Assembly: GCA_030141605.1 (NCBI GenBank)
Contig: JAQGDQ010000301.1
Coordinates: forward strand, 1-64,000
Length of the DNA stretch: 64,000 nt
Origin: Tubiluchus corallicola
Lineage: Eukaryota; Animalia; Priapulida
Direction: 5' to 3'
Shown: positions 37,901-51,288 of the stretch, piece after piece
Layout of the letters: each line of letters begins with the position of its first letter
Position numbering within the stretch: position 1 is the stretch's first letter
Position numbers and translations under genes: made by a program
The notes under the pieces: model-generated
The model's database searches: none
Seen by the model: only the letters and a program-made list of their open reading frames with translations
What the model was told of the DNA's origin: nothing

Positions 37901-39269
37901 AACTGTTATCTCTAACTAGTCTTTTAAGTAAGGGTAAGGTGACAGAAACTGTTTATTCTCCTCTGTGTTTTAAACAGAAATATTTTTAAATGCTTTGATA
38001 TCAGAAAACTCAAACTCAATTATTGGAATAGTTTTTAATCTTATCAAAACGTGGCATTTCCTAGTCGGTTATATGAGAACAAACCTTTACTATTAGGACA
38101 TTACTTCAAAGATTTCATTTTAATTTTGATTTAATTTACATAATACTTAATATAGGACCGAGTCTGACCCAGGAGTAGATCAGCGCTGTACCGACTGTGT
38201 TCCAGTTTGATTTCTAGAATTTTTTTAATGTAGTGTTAAAATTTTTGCCCAATTTTACACTGTTCCCAATGTAATAATGTAAAGTCTTGAATGTAATAAT
38301 TTTTGGGTCATTAATCGTATAAAAATTTACTGTGTACCAGTTCCGACTAACTTGGCTAACTTGTTGACTCGTAACAGACCTTTTATGGTGACATATTGTA
38401 CCTGTTGCAGTTGTGATTTTGTACACTAGATGGCTGATTTACACTACCATATGCTATTCACCTAATTGGAGCATCCGCCATTAGTAGACATGCATGCTGC
38501 ACTCATGTGCTGTCAATCACTCTTACCCATTGAGCTATCACGTGCATCGCTACACTCACTGCTCTCACATGTGTGAGAGTGCACCATATCTCTGCCAAGC
38601 TCTACAGAGACCCACACATTTGGATAAAATAGTTTTAGCTTCTAGCGTATGTGTACTAACCAATAATGAATGCGGAGAAATAATAGAAACATTTTCGAGT
38701 GCATTTTGCCCTCAAAATCGATAGCAGAAATTAAATTTCACTTCAGAATCTTACAATAATGAACAATGTTCTGAAAAACACTAGCTCACACACCAACACT
38801 AGTGTAAACGACAAATGATATGCTAAGATGTAAGATGTAAGATTGGTATGTAAGAAAAAAATTAACGCCTAGATATGGGCTGTAACATCTCTCAAGCTTT
38901 CTCTAAATATCATCTAAAATGTTCGGCACAAAAATTTTTGCAAATTTTTTCATAGTTAGTTCAAGCTCTACTATCAATTTGCCACTAACAAATTTGTTCT
39001 AACAACTGACAAAATAAGCCAACATAGCGCTAAATCTTATTGTTTATTTGTGTTAAACATTCTTTTGTGGAGCATGTGATTAAAAATGGAAACCGAAAGA
39101 ATGGCAATGGCAAAATGGTGTACTTAGTAAACAATTTGTTTCAGTTAAGGTTATAGTGGGGATAGTAATTTTAGTTCTTTTTGTCTTGTCTTGGAAATTG
39201 TACTTCAACACAGTTTGTTTGTATAGTTTGTTTTTTGCCAATTACGGCAGTCAGCTTGATACCATCACC

Positions 39270-40280
39270 AAAATGAATGGGTAAAACGTAGATAAACTAT
39301 ACAGAACCTTCGTGCATTATTGATTATAAATCTATTATTGAACAAAATAGTCTTTTGTCTAGCTATATAATACAGCTACATTTATGTATGTTTGGTTGTT
39401 TATATTTTTTGTTAATCTTTTTAGCCAATAGAAACAGACGTTGAAGTTTAAAATTGTTCGGCTTTGGCAGAGATCTGCATCCTATATGTTCTAGTTTTAC
39501 CATAGAAATCAATTGCATGTAACATTATTTTCTATAGTGCGTTCTTTCCTGCGCCATTTTTATCTTACAAAGCTGCTGATCTTGTGGTTGTCATTGTTGT
39601 TGTTATTGCTGTTGTTGTCATTATTGTAAAACAAAAACAAGGTCAGGCTAAGTGTGACTAAGTATTAGATATAATCCATGTACTCAAATTTGTGACACAT
39701 TTTCCTACATATGTTCAAGCATTTCTTTGTTACATGGTGGTTATTGATAGTAGCAAATAAACAACAAAAGTGCAGAAGAAACTGCTCTCACTAAGCACGT
39801 TGTATTGTAGCTGTTACATTAGTTGCAATTTTCTACAGTAGATGGCTGTCTGATACCATACAGGTAATGGGAGCAGTTATATGATTACAAATCATACTTC
39901 AAGACTGCACACAAATTTTGAACGTGTAATGCTAAGTCTACCTACTATCATTTACGTAATTGTTAGTGACTACTGTTTGTTAATTATTATTTTTTCTATG
40001 GTACCATATTGTAGGTGTTGCATTAGTTGCGATTTTGTACAATAGATGGCTCACTGGTATTACCCAAAGCTATTCAGCCAATTGGAGCATCTGCAATTGC
40101 TGGTCACGCATGCTGTCAATCACTCTTACCCATGAGCTATCATGTGCATCGTTGTTTCCACGCATCCGTACACTCACTGCTCTAGCATGTGTGAGAGTGC
40201 ACCATGTCTCTGCCACGCTCTACACAAGCTGCCTGTTTGGGCAAAACATTTTCACCATCCATGTACACTAGCCAAATATA
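39270..40280. repeat. Dispersed ~1-kb duplication, copy 2
   Basis: Collinear with 33870-34910. Confidence 0.85.
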
Positions 40281-41496
40281 AATGGCGAGAAATTAATAAT
40301 AATAATAACATTAATAATAGCGATAATGATAACAGCAACAAAATCACTTTGAAACAAACAATGAATAACATTTTAAAATGAAAACGTTGGAATGTAGCCT
40401 GTATTTTTGAATAATGTAATACGGCCTTAGACTGCAGTATGCCACTGCATTTTGTCGTGGTTAAGGCAATCCAAAGTCATGATAATATTATACTACAGAT
40501 TACAATAAGGTGCAGGTTTAGATGGCAAGTGACTTTTGACAGAGTATAGCATGACAATAAAAGTTACAGTTGACCCAATATTGACATCAAATAGCATTGT
40601 TTATAAGACATAATAGAATTTATTGTTTTCTTTCAATAAGATTAGTCTGTCACTTTCAGTATTTCAAGAACGCAATATTAGTCCAAATGTTCGCTGCTAG
40701 TAGTGTTCTAAAAACTCCAATTATTTTGCAGATAATTTCATAGCATGGTTATCCATTATCCAATTCCAAGAACATTAGTTGGAATAGGTGTTATACTGAA
40801 TTTCTAAAGACATAGAATTTAGATTTTCCTTTCTATAAGATTAGTCTAACACTTTTGTTATTTCAAAAACATAGCATTACTCCAAATCAGGGGATAACAT
40901 TACACATAACATTTAGTGATTTATTTTTGCAGTCATTTTCTTAATGGAGAAACTTGTTATCCATTAAAGGGGTATAACACCAAAATGAATTTGAGCTTGA
41001 ATAACTCGAGATTATATTGCAAATACAAATACGAACATCGTTCTTCACAAAAGTTTCATGTTTAAGAATCTCTAGCAAAAGTCGAATAAAACTGTATGTA
41101 ACACAAGATTTGACGAGGCTGCCATTGAGCATGAATCTGCACCTATGCGCCTCTGGTGGCAATACTTTACGTATTACAGAATCAAATCAAACCGAAATCA
41201 AATCATTTATTTTACATCCCAATAATGATACAAAGAAAATTTGATATAAATTAAAAAAAAACAAATGTCAAGAGGTGGCGAAAAATATTAGTTATCTAAA
41301 GCTGAGAATTAAATTATTATTATGCAGTGCTGCCAATAGTCACAAGGTCTGGTTGATATTAAAAGTCTTATTGATTTAACTAACAGAAACACGATAAAGT
41401 TAAAAATGTTCATATGTGGCTAATCAATAATTCTACAGCAAATATGTCTCTGTGTCCATGGGGTTCACATATTTTTTTCAAGGCTGATAAAATGAA

Positions 41497-42250
41497 GCTG
41501 TCACTAAAAATTGTCACACTAGCATTATAATTATGCTTCAGTGAGTTTCTCTGAGTTTACAAAATCAATAGCTCTTCTAGCAGAATGAAGTTACTTTATG
41601 GGACTTATTTTACAAGAAAAGACTTTTGCTACCAAGGCCCACACTTTTGCAACTTGTACAGCTGACGATGTTTTCAATTAATGCTACAAGAATTTTCACA
41701 ATATGCGGTGGGTCTGCTTTTGAGCAATGGTATCTACAACAATATATTGTAATGGAACTATAACTTTCGACGGTAGTAAAATATCATCAGCAAAGCTGCG
41801 CTAGTTCAATTTTTTTACTCGGGAGATGGGAACATGCAGTTCATAGGCGTTTCTCGTGAGATATGAGATACAAAAAGTCACGTGGCTAAAAAAAATTCTC
41901 CAAGTTGTTGACAGGTTATGCAACTATAAAAAATGTTTAACTCGATTTTCATGATGTTCCCCCTTTAAGTGGTTTTGCAAGATCGTTAACTACAAGAGGG
42001 GTTTTACCATATTCTCCCTATCCTGGGAAAAACCAGCTAACATCGGGGAAACGGCACTAACATTTTCTGCACACACCCATCCATTTAGTTGAAAGTTTCG
42101 GTAGTGCGTAACTGTTATTGCTATCTATTCTTTACGTCACGGCATACTCATGCTATTCCATTATTTTGAAAAAGTGAAATGCGTGTTTGCCGGTGTGCTG
42201 AATTTCCTTTGTCTGTGTGGGTTTAGAATTTCGTTTAGAAAAGCAGGGGT
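41497..42250. repeat. Dispersed ~740-bp duplication, copy 2
   Basis: Collinear with 29625-30368. Confidence 0.9.
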
Positions 42251-44899
42251 GTGTTCTATTATTTCTTCTGCTTGTTGATGCTTGAAATAACATAACTGAG
42301 AGACACACAAAAAGATGTTTTGTTAAGATTGAAAATAATATAAAGCCTTTTCAGATCTGAAAACTTTTGACAGTATGTTGAACGCAAACACAGGGGTAGA
42401 AACTGGTTTTCCTTTGTACGAAATTAAAGGGCCAGACTGCGTAAAAATAATTGTTGTTTGGATAAGACAGAGACACGAAAAGCGGAATTCTAAGATTCAA
42501 GTTCTCTTATTGATCATGAGCATGGATAAATTGCTCAGAGCAAAGAACAATGTTTTCATATGTTCTTGTGAATAGTGAATATCTTGTGATTGGGAAAGAA
42601 TTTAGGACATTTTAGTTTTGTGAAAATTCAACATTTCACAACATACAAAATGTCAGTAAAGTTGCAGATGTGTTAATACCGTGTAGCACAATTTAGTTAA
42701 AATGCCCTTCTCATGGGAATGTTTAAAGTAGCTCTAATTTTCAATATTTTGCATGGCAAACGTAGTCCTACTCCGTTTAGACAGGTCTGACTTTCGAAAG
42801 AGCATGAAGGTGACTGCCTTACAATAGAAATTTCAGTTGAACTAAAACAGATGTTTGATATCATTTTCTACAATATAAACAACTCATGGTCTTTTATTTT
42901 CTTATGTCCATCTCGTTTGCTGTTTCACAAGCATTTTTCATGCTAATGTTCACTGTATTAGTACAAAGGTATTACTGTAATGATGGTATTACTGTATTAC
43001 ACCAATGATAGTAATAAATTTTGCAGACGTTTTCATGGAAACCTTTGCAATCTGCATTTTTTATTGTACATTTTTGCATTGTGCACAAAAGTCTTTAAAG
43101 TAACAACTTATTGAATCATTAATCGTATAAAAAATTTTTACTGTGTATCAATTCTGATTCACTTGGGTAACTTGTTGTCTTGTAATAGAATTTCTACAGT
43201 AATTATAACAATTTCTACAGTAATTTATAGTAACTATAACACATCGTGGGTCTAAGGACTAATTTGTTTAGTTGTTCTCTAAATGTTTGTATAAAAACAG
43301 AGGGATGCGTTGGGGTTCGAATATTGTTATCAAGTTTATTTAGTCAGAACGCCAAATATTTCAAACAATAAAGTTATTAATTATAAAACAAATGTAGATA
43401 GTATTATTGCAAAAATCAATAAGTAAAACTAGTGATTAAATCGTTGCAATCATAGTATCGTTAAACATAAAATTAAGAAACTTAAGAAAATCACTTCCAC
43501 TGGAAATCATTGTATTCGCTGGGTTAAACAAATCATTTACTTACGACATTATAGTCATGTCCTGGGTATTAGAAAGAAATGTTACTGGGGCATATCTAAA
43601 CTTGTGTACACAGGGGCGGCGCCACTTTCGTGGAGATGTCGCACAGCATAGTACGTGCGTTTCTGCAAGCACCATGCGTGAAAACATTCCAGATAAGACT
43701 TTGTGCCATACCAAACATACAGAGGATGACTAAGTTTTAGTTTCACAAGATAGTGTTCGATTATATGTAACCTGCTTTACGAACCTAATGACCACCCGCA
43801 GATTGGTTCCGCCACATTACGCTAGATGGTAACTCACTAGTAAGTAATGTCAGACAGTTCTTTCACTCTGCGTTTCTCAATTATCAGTTTTAATGCCATA
43901 TTATGTAACTAGTCTACAAGTCGGTCCATACCTTTGTGCTTTTGTGCTGACGTTAGCTCACCTCCGAACTTCCAGATCAGCAGCTATTAACAATCTCTCT
44001 CTCTCTAGCCTCCCAAACCTATCCACAACAGTGGAATGTGGATTCGCAATGTTAAAACCACCATTTGTTCCAACTGATCACCACTGAGTTCTACTACTTT
44101 AACTCACTAGTTCGGCCATATCTAATGTTAACGTCTTCAAAGAACAATCTGTCATTATCTTGACAAAAGCAACCAAGTGCCCTCCAAAAACTGGGGACTT
44201 ACACCTGATTGCATTCAATGAAGCCACTTTCTGTATCATTTAAAAGTTACAAAGCGTATTTAGGCCAGGCCTCTTAGTAAACAGGAAAGTAAGAAAGCAA
44301 GAGAAATATCAGCTGTATATCTAAATCAAAATATTCATACCTCGACTGGCAACAATATCTAGTTAACTTTGGCATAAAAGTGACTCTTGCAGTAACACAT
44401 TGTAGTTGTTGCATTAGTTACGATTTTGTACACTAGGTGGCTGACTGATGTTACATGATGCTATTCAGTCATTTGGAGCATCCGCCATTACTAGACACGC
44501 ACATTGCACTCCTGTGCTGTCAATCACTCTTACCCATCAGCTATCATGCAAAATGACTCTACCATGCTGTACGCAGACCAACATGTTTAGGTAAAATATT
44601 TTAACCTTCCAGTGTACGTACACTAACCAAAAAAAAGAGAAATAATAGCAAAGGCTGCACAACGAAAATGTCTGACAAATGTTTTATTAAATTACCGGGA
44701 AGAAAATTAATGCCAAAAAAACTGATTCCTAAATAAATTTGTATTTTCTTGATACACTGGCAAATATAACGGGTGTTGGTGAGGCAGAAAAAACTGCATC
44801 ATTAGTCTTGTATTTTTCTTTATTTCGCACATATCTATTTTCTCAGTACGAAAAGGCATGAGAATTTGTTCGTACCTTTTTGCAAAGTTGCATAGCTTT

Positions 44900-45500
44900 C
44901 TCCCTTACTACTTTTCAAGTAAACCTCTCATTTTCCATTTTTTTCAATAAGTGACAGAAGATCAAAAGCAGCTTCGTTAGAGAGCTGGAAATAAACCTTT
45001 GTTATCAAAGCACAGGTGTGTTCTATTATTTTTGTTGGAAGTTTAGGCTTGGAAAAATATAACGCCCTGGGAGACACGCAATAAGATGTTTTGTTAAGAT
45101 TGAAAGGAATGTTTTTTTAGATTTGAGATTTTAGATTTCAAACTGTTTGTATAGCAAACATTGGGATAAAAGCTTTTCCTATAATAATAAAGGGTGAGAC
45201 TGCTTAATAATATTTTCTGTTTGGATAAGACGGAGAAAGCTTTAAGTGCTCAGCCACGTGAACAAAAGACTCTTTACATTCTGTTTTATTCAAGTTCTGT
45301 TTTTGATTTTGAGAAGGGTTAAAGTGGCTCTGAAGTAAAGAAAAATATATTCCCACATTTTAACATCTTGTGTAAATTAACCACACCTGAACACCTTGGA
45401 ATGATCCCAGGGAAGAATTTAGTAAGAAAAATTGAATGAAGCGAATGCACTGAAACTGAGAAAGATTTTGGGACATTTTTGTTTTTCCAGTGAAAAATTA
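44900..45500. repeat. Recurrent ~450-600-bp module (other copies ~35920-36340 and ~49770-50355; partial ~42245-42570)
   Basis: Shared CAGGTGTGTTCTATTATTTTTGTTGGAAGTTT, ATAATAAAGGGTGAGAC.GCTTAATAATA and CCCACATTTTAACATCT. Confidence 0.8.
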
Positions 45501-46479
45501 ACATTTTGCCAAATCTGCTGATACCGTTACATATGAAACTGTGTTAACCAGGTATTATTGAAAATGCTGGAAAAAGAATTTTTTGTAAATTATTCAACGT
45601 CATTTCAGATTCTGTCTGCCATTGTTTTAAAATGATTAATTGTTTCCTGTAAACTTGCAGTGAACAAAAGTTTTTTCCATGCTATTATATCCTTAAGCCA
45701 AACTGTGTAACGCTGATTATGATCTTTGCTTGTATATTTCTCAGTCTATTACCATCGTCAAAATGAATAAATAAAAGGTAGATAAACTATTAAGAACATT
45801 CAGATCAGTCGCACCAAATCAAAGCTGTACTACCGTTTTTTTAACGTTAGTTTGGGCACAGAAAGGGTTTGTTTCTTTTACTCTTTATTCAGTCTGACCC
45901 AGGAGTAGATCAGCATTGTACCAACTCTGCATTATGCAATTTTCTTATTGTAATACTTGTAATATTGTAATAAATTTTTGCGTGATTTTGCATTGTGGAC
46001 AAAGTCTTTAAACTATTAATTTGTTGTGACATAATTTGATGTATTAATTTGTTGGGTCATTAATCGTATAAAAATTTATACTGTGCAATTTCAAATTGGC
46101 TAACTGTTTGTCTTGCAAAGGACATTTCATGGTAACTTATTGCCTAAAAGTTGTGTTATTTGCGGGTTTGTACAGTAGATGGCTGACTGATGTTACCCGA
46201 TGCTATTCAGTTAATTGGAGCATCCGCCATTACTAGACACGCGTGCTGCACTCAAGCATAAACTATGTTTGGGTAAACTATTTTCACCATGCACTGTATA
46301 CTAGGCAAAATTAATATGGAGAAATAACACCAAAGCATCGCGATTACATTCACTTAAATATTTTTATTAATGACACTGTAAATTTAGTGATGGCTATACG
46401 TAACTGGCTCCTGGTTCTAATGAAAAAATTCTAAAAGCTGTTTTAGTAATTTCAGCAATGGAAATTTGAATTTTCTTGA

Positions 46480-46925
46480 TACACATTATCCACACTAAAT
46501 CATCAATACTACACCACAGCACACCACCCAGACCACATTACACAACTACCAAAGGTCCGACTCACAACACACCATCCACATCACACCACACCAACTCACT
46601 GCTTTACTTTACAACATTCCTTGACATCACACCATGCACACCAAAGCACACCACACACAAAATGCTGCATCAAAACTAACCACACCACACAACACACACC
46701 CCACCACATTATTCACGCTATGTCACCCACACCACACCATCAATACCACACCAGCCAGATCACATTACACCAAACCACATCAATTCCACAACATCACATG
46801 GTGATCACAGTGTTAATGACGATGATGGTATGACATCTACAACACAAACACCAACAGTAGAGTAGTATTATCGTGAGACCATGCAAAACATTTTGTACGA
46901 GGTTGAAGCTGTGTGTGGTAATAAA
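46480..46925 (-). mobile_element. Fragment of the CACCA-bearing Helitron family
   Basis: CACCA-rich tract followed by CATG.TGATCA..ATGACGATGATGG..CACCAACAG..AAAACATTTT..GTTGAA.CT.TGTG, as at 51900-52020. Confidence 0.55.
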
Positions 46926-47254
46926 TGCTTTAGACTGTACACCTATGATGAATAATGCACAGACATTCTACATGGTTTTGCTTAATGGTTCTCTTTTGGT
47001 TATGTCTCACATTCTTTCTGGGCTTGCACTTGTTTTTTCCCCAACATGCCCAACAGATGATAAATTGATTTACGTGGAGGCTGTTCCTGCTGTTTTTCGC
47101 AAAATTTGGGTCTAGGTGTTATAAAAAACAAACCAGCTGTTTGTTAACTCACAAAAGCTGTTTGCACTTCACATTTGTGTCTGCTTTAGTTAAGTTTAGT
47201 TAATAAAATTACATTAAAGCTTTAGGTAACCAGGCAGTTGTCTTAGAAGAACGT

Positions 47255-47450
47255 TGTAACGTCCTGGATGTACAGGCTAGTTTCCCAGTGGATTCAGTTC
47301 TCGATTGATTCTCATCAATTCGTTTCATAGTCAAGCAACACAGAAGTTAACTATGTACTCATTAAAACCCCAAGCCTGTCACCAAAGAGTACCAGTCACT
47401 TTCAAGAGAGGGCGGTGACGCCGCTAATTACACAGGTGGAAAATATGAGG
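47255..47450 (+). mobile_element. Possible short LTR (47255-47432) followed by a degenerate primer-binding site
   Basis: TGTAAC...AATTACA termini, ATTAAA at ~47361, then GGTGGAAAATATGAGG. No TSD or pol sequence found. Confidence 0.3.
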
Positions 47451-47779
47451 TTTAAAATGGTTCAGATGGGTTTGTCTGAATGGTATCATTCATTTTGAGC
47501 AAATTAAAAAACGAGAAACTTTTTTGTACAATATTTATAAGGAATAATTTCAGCTTTAATGAGTCCGCCATTGGTCATTTGCAAAATCATCCCAGTGGAA
47601 AAGATTATTATCCCATCTTTAAACAATTAACATGCGCAAATCATGCTAAAAGTAATTAAATCAGATATCGTAGCATTCACAAAATGAATATTCTCAGGTC
47701 AAAAAGAAACACTGGTAAAAATTCGTAAAGTTTTAAGCAGTGTGAACAAGCTACAATGCAATAATCACAATTACAGTTA

Positions 47780-47975
47780 CTAGCCAAACCCTACAAAAAT
47801 ACCCTGCACATAAAACCCACAAAGACACAACATCGCACTGTGTCACACCACTCACACCACATATGCCCAACACACCATCCACATCACACCACCCGCACCA
47901 TACCAGCTGCACAATGTCTGCAGCAGCATGCTGAACCCACCACAATACATGCACTACGACATTCAACATACAACT
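47780..47975 (-). mobile_element. 3' end fragment of the CACCA-bearing Helitron
   Basis: Starts A-CTAGCCAAACCC, as at 51289. The body matches 31165-31250 (CACACCACCCGC.CCATACCAGCTGCAC.ATGTCTGCAGCAGCATGCTGAACCCAC). Confidence 0.6.
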
Positions 47976-50490
47976 TGACCCGGAACTTGGTTTTGCACCT
48001 CACTTTCCAGTTGGCCAGTCTATCCACTCAGTAATGAGCATTAAGAAAAATCTTTATATGGTATCTTTTTAACCCGCTTTAATGAAATTATCTTAGTTTA
48101 TCTTAGTTTATCTTTAGTTTACTATCTTATTAACCGGTCTTTAGGGTAATATAATTACCCCATGGTCAGATAAGGGTTAAACCTGGCAGTACAGGTGTGC
48201 AGGAAAACTGGCACAGTTATCATCATCATAGCTGGAGTTTATCATTATTTACCCTCAAAGAGCAGAAACAGGTCAGATCTTGGTTACTGGGCCACCTGAC
48301 ATAGGCCAGTATAAAAAAGCTGGTTTTACACCTAAGTGCTGCCATTTTGCAGGTAAAACTGACAAATAAGTTTGATGGAAAGGGATCATTTAAATTAGTT
48401 TGCTCGCACACTTAGTAAAGTGTCAAACTAAAAATGTCAAACAAATCAAATAATTCTAATGCTGATGCCTGCACACATGGCATCAAACCTCAGTTTAACA
48501 ATTATTCAGCAAGTGGTGGCGTTAGTCAATTAGAAAATTATTGTGCTAATACCTCGCTACACTCTTTCATGCTCTTTTAGTGTTTGAGATTTAAAAATGA
48601 AAAATTAAAAAAAGAAAAAGCCATATGTTTTAGTTGTCCAGCCTACAGCTCCGGCGACGGTACCATTCTCGATGATCTAGCCGTCAAATGAAAGGTCTCC
48701 ACGCATAGGTACACACCTGTTGGTGTATTTTCCAATTGAGACAATCCAAAGTCATGCCATATTACAGATTATAGCCCATATCTGATAAATAAATTGCAGG
48801 TTTTGACATCAGCTGACTTTTGATTGAGCCTTTAGATGACAGTTGGAAATTCCAGCTGAACCAAAATAGGAGAGTAACACTGTAACATTGCTGTGCCATC
48901 GAACGTACTCGTCGTTGAAGTGCCACATATGCATTAGAGAATTTCCATTTCATATGAACCCATGTTTGATCATGTGATAGAACACAATTGTGCAGTTACA
49001 ATTTTGTTTTTGTTGTGCGATTTTGTACTTTATAAAATAAACTAAAATGATTTCAGGATTATACTTTATAGAATAACTTTATTCCAGGATTATCACACCA
49101 TCTTGTTAATATTGGTTTTGGGCGCATCCACAGTAAGGTTTTGTTTCATATATTCTTAATTAAGTTTAACCTAGGTATAAAGCCACACTGTACCAACTGC
49201 ATGGCAGCTTGCATTGTACAATTTTTTTAACATTATGTTAACATTTTTCTCCAATTTTTGTGGTGCACAAAAGTCACTAAAGTAAAAATTTGTTGAGTCA
49301 TTTTGGAGTATCCGCTATTTCTAGACATGCCTGCGTTGTCAATCACTCTTACCTATAAGCTCTCATGTGCGACGTTGCTTCCATACACGCATCGCTACAC
49401 TCACTGCCCTAGCGTGTATGCGAGTGCACCTGGTCTCTGCCACGCTCTACACAGACTCCCATGTTTTGGTAAAATATATTCTCCATCCATTTACACTAGC
49501 CAAAAATGAATGCGGAGAAATTTCCGTTTTCATGCTAATGCTCGTTGTTTTGGTACGAAGGTATCACTGAAAACCCCACTGATGGGAAAAAAATTTGCAA
49601 ACATTTTCATAGAAACCTGAGCTGGTAGAACTGCCTTATACTCTGCTTCCATGTTTCTATGTACTGTAAAAAATAACATAATAGATGAAATTGTCGCAGC
49701 AGCCACCCATTCATTTAGCTGCAAGTATATGTAGTGCATTATTTCCTCCCTTCCTCCCTTGCTACTTATCAAGTAAACCTCTCAAATTTTCCATCATTGT
49801 CAATTAGCGACAGAAGATCAAAAGCAGTTTCGTTTGAGAGCTGCAAATAAAGCTTTGTTATCAAAGTGCAGGTGTGTTCTATTATTTTTGTTGGAAGTTT
49901 ATTCTTGTCATAATAGAACACCCTGGGAAACATGTTTTGCTAAAATTGAAAGGAATGTGTTTTTAGATTTGAAAGCTTTTCAAACTGTTTGTATAGCAAA
50001 CATTGGGCTAAAAGCTTTTCTCGCGATAATAAAGGGTGAGACGGCTTAATAATAATTGCTGTTTGGATAAGATGGAGAAACTTTTAAGTGCTCAGCCACC
50101 TGAACAAAAGGCTCTTTACACGTGGAATTCTAAGATTCGAGTTCTGTTGTCGATTTTGAGCTGGAATAATTGCTGAGAGTGGTTCTGAAGCAAAGAAAAA
50201 TATTTTCCCACATTTTAACATCTTGTGTAAATTAACCACACCCGAACACCTGGGTATGATGCCAGGGAAAGAGTTAAGTAAGGAATATTGAATAAACCGA
50301 ACGCCCTATAACTGAGAAAGATTTTGGGACATTTTCGATTTTTAGTGAAAAATTAAATTAGTCAAAATCAAGGCACGATAGTTAGAAATTACCTGGCTTT
50401 AAAGTATTTTTGATATCCTCTAGATTTTTATCCCCAAGCATAAATAATGCAAATTATGGGCCGCTGTGTTAGCTATGCAATAATATAGTA

Positions 50491-51216
50491 CTAGCAAAGG
50501 CCCCGCAAAATTTTGCGTATAAACGCACGTATAATCAATAATATGGGAACATCCTACCTAGTCCTCATTTATAACACAAAGCCCGTAACATCCTGCCTAC
50601 TGTTTGTCTGTTTATCTAATACAAAACCTGTAGCAGCGTTGACAATGGATGACGTCACAACAATGGCATTGCGTCAGCAGTTTCTTAAGCGAAAATTGTC
50701 GAAAATAGAACATCTAATTAACTCGCCAGTACTCCTCTCGGTGGACCTGCCCTAAAATATGCCTATACATCATCGTGTAGCCCTGTCCTACCTCTTTCTG
50801 ATGAGCCATATATCTCCTTCCGAGAGTCCCACCGGGCGACGCTAGAGCGTTTTTCCCGCAGGCTGTTTGGTCAAAATTTCGAAAAAATCGCGAGTTGGGT
50901 CCGGGAAAACGCTCGTTGCCGGGCGCCCTGGCCCTCTCGCGAATTCTAAATATGCCTACTACACCCACTGCTGAACGGGCTATGTATCCATACCCAGTAC
51001 CCCCCTCGGCCTCTTCCCGTTCTCTACATCTCAGCCGTATAACTTTTGCAAAAAACGGCCGAAAAATGGCCATTTTTGGAGGTTTTTCGCCCCCATTCCT
51101 CCCTGTGGGCCCAATTCGAAAAATAAACCATCAATGGCACGACACTAGATGGAGACCTTTTGTTTGATATATAGATCGCCGCAAATGGTGCCCTCGTCCG
51201 GGCTGTAGCCTCGAAT

Positions 51217-51262
<46 letters not shown>

Positions 51263-51288
51263 GATACCAAGAATATTAATATAAGAGA
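50491..51288 (-). mobile_element. Non-autonomous Helitron, unit A
   Basis: On the minus strand it starts TC(TCTTATATTAATA) and ends ...CGCAAAATTTTGCG (palindrome) GGGCCTTTG-CTAG followed by T. No TIR or TSD. Confidence 0.8.
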
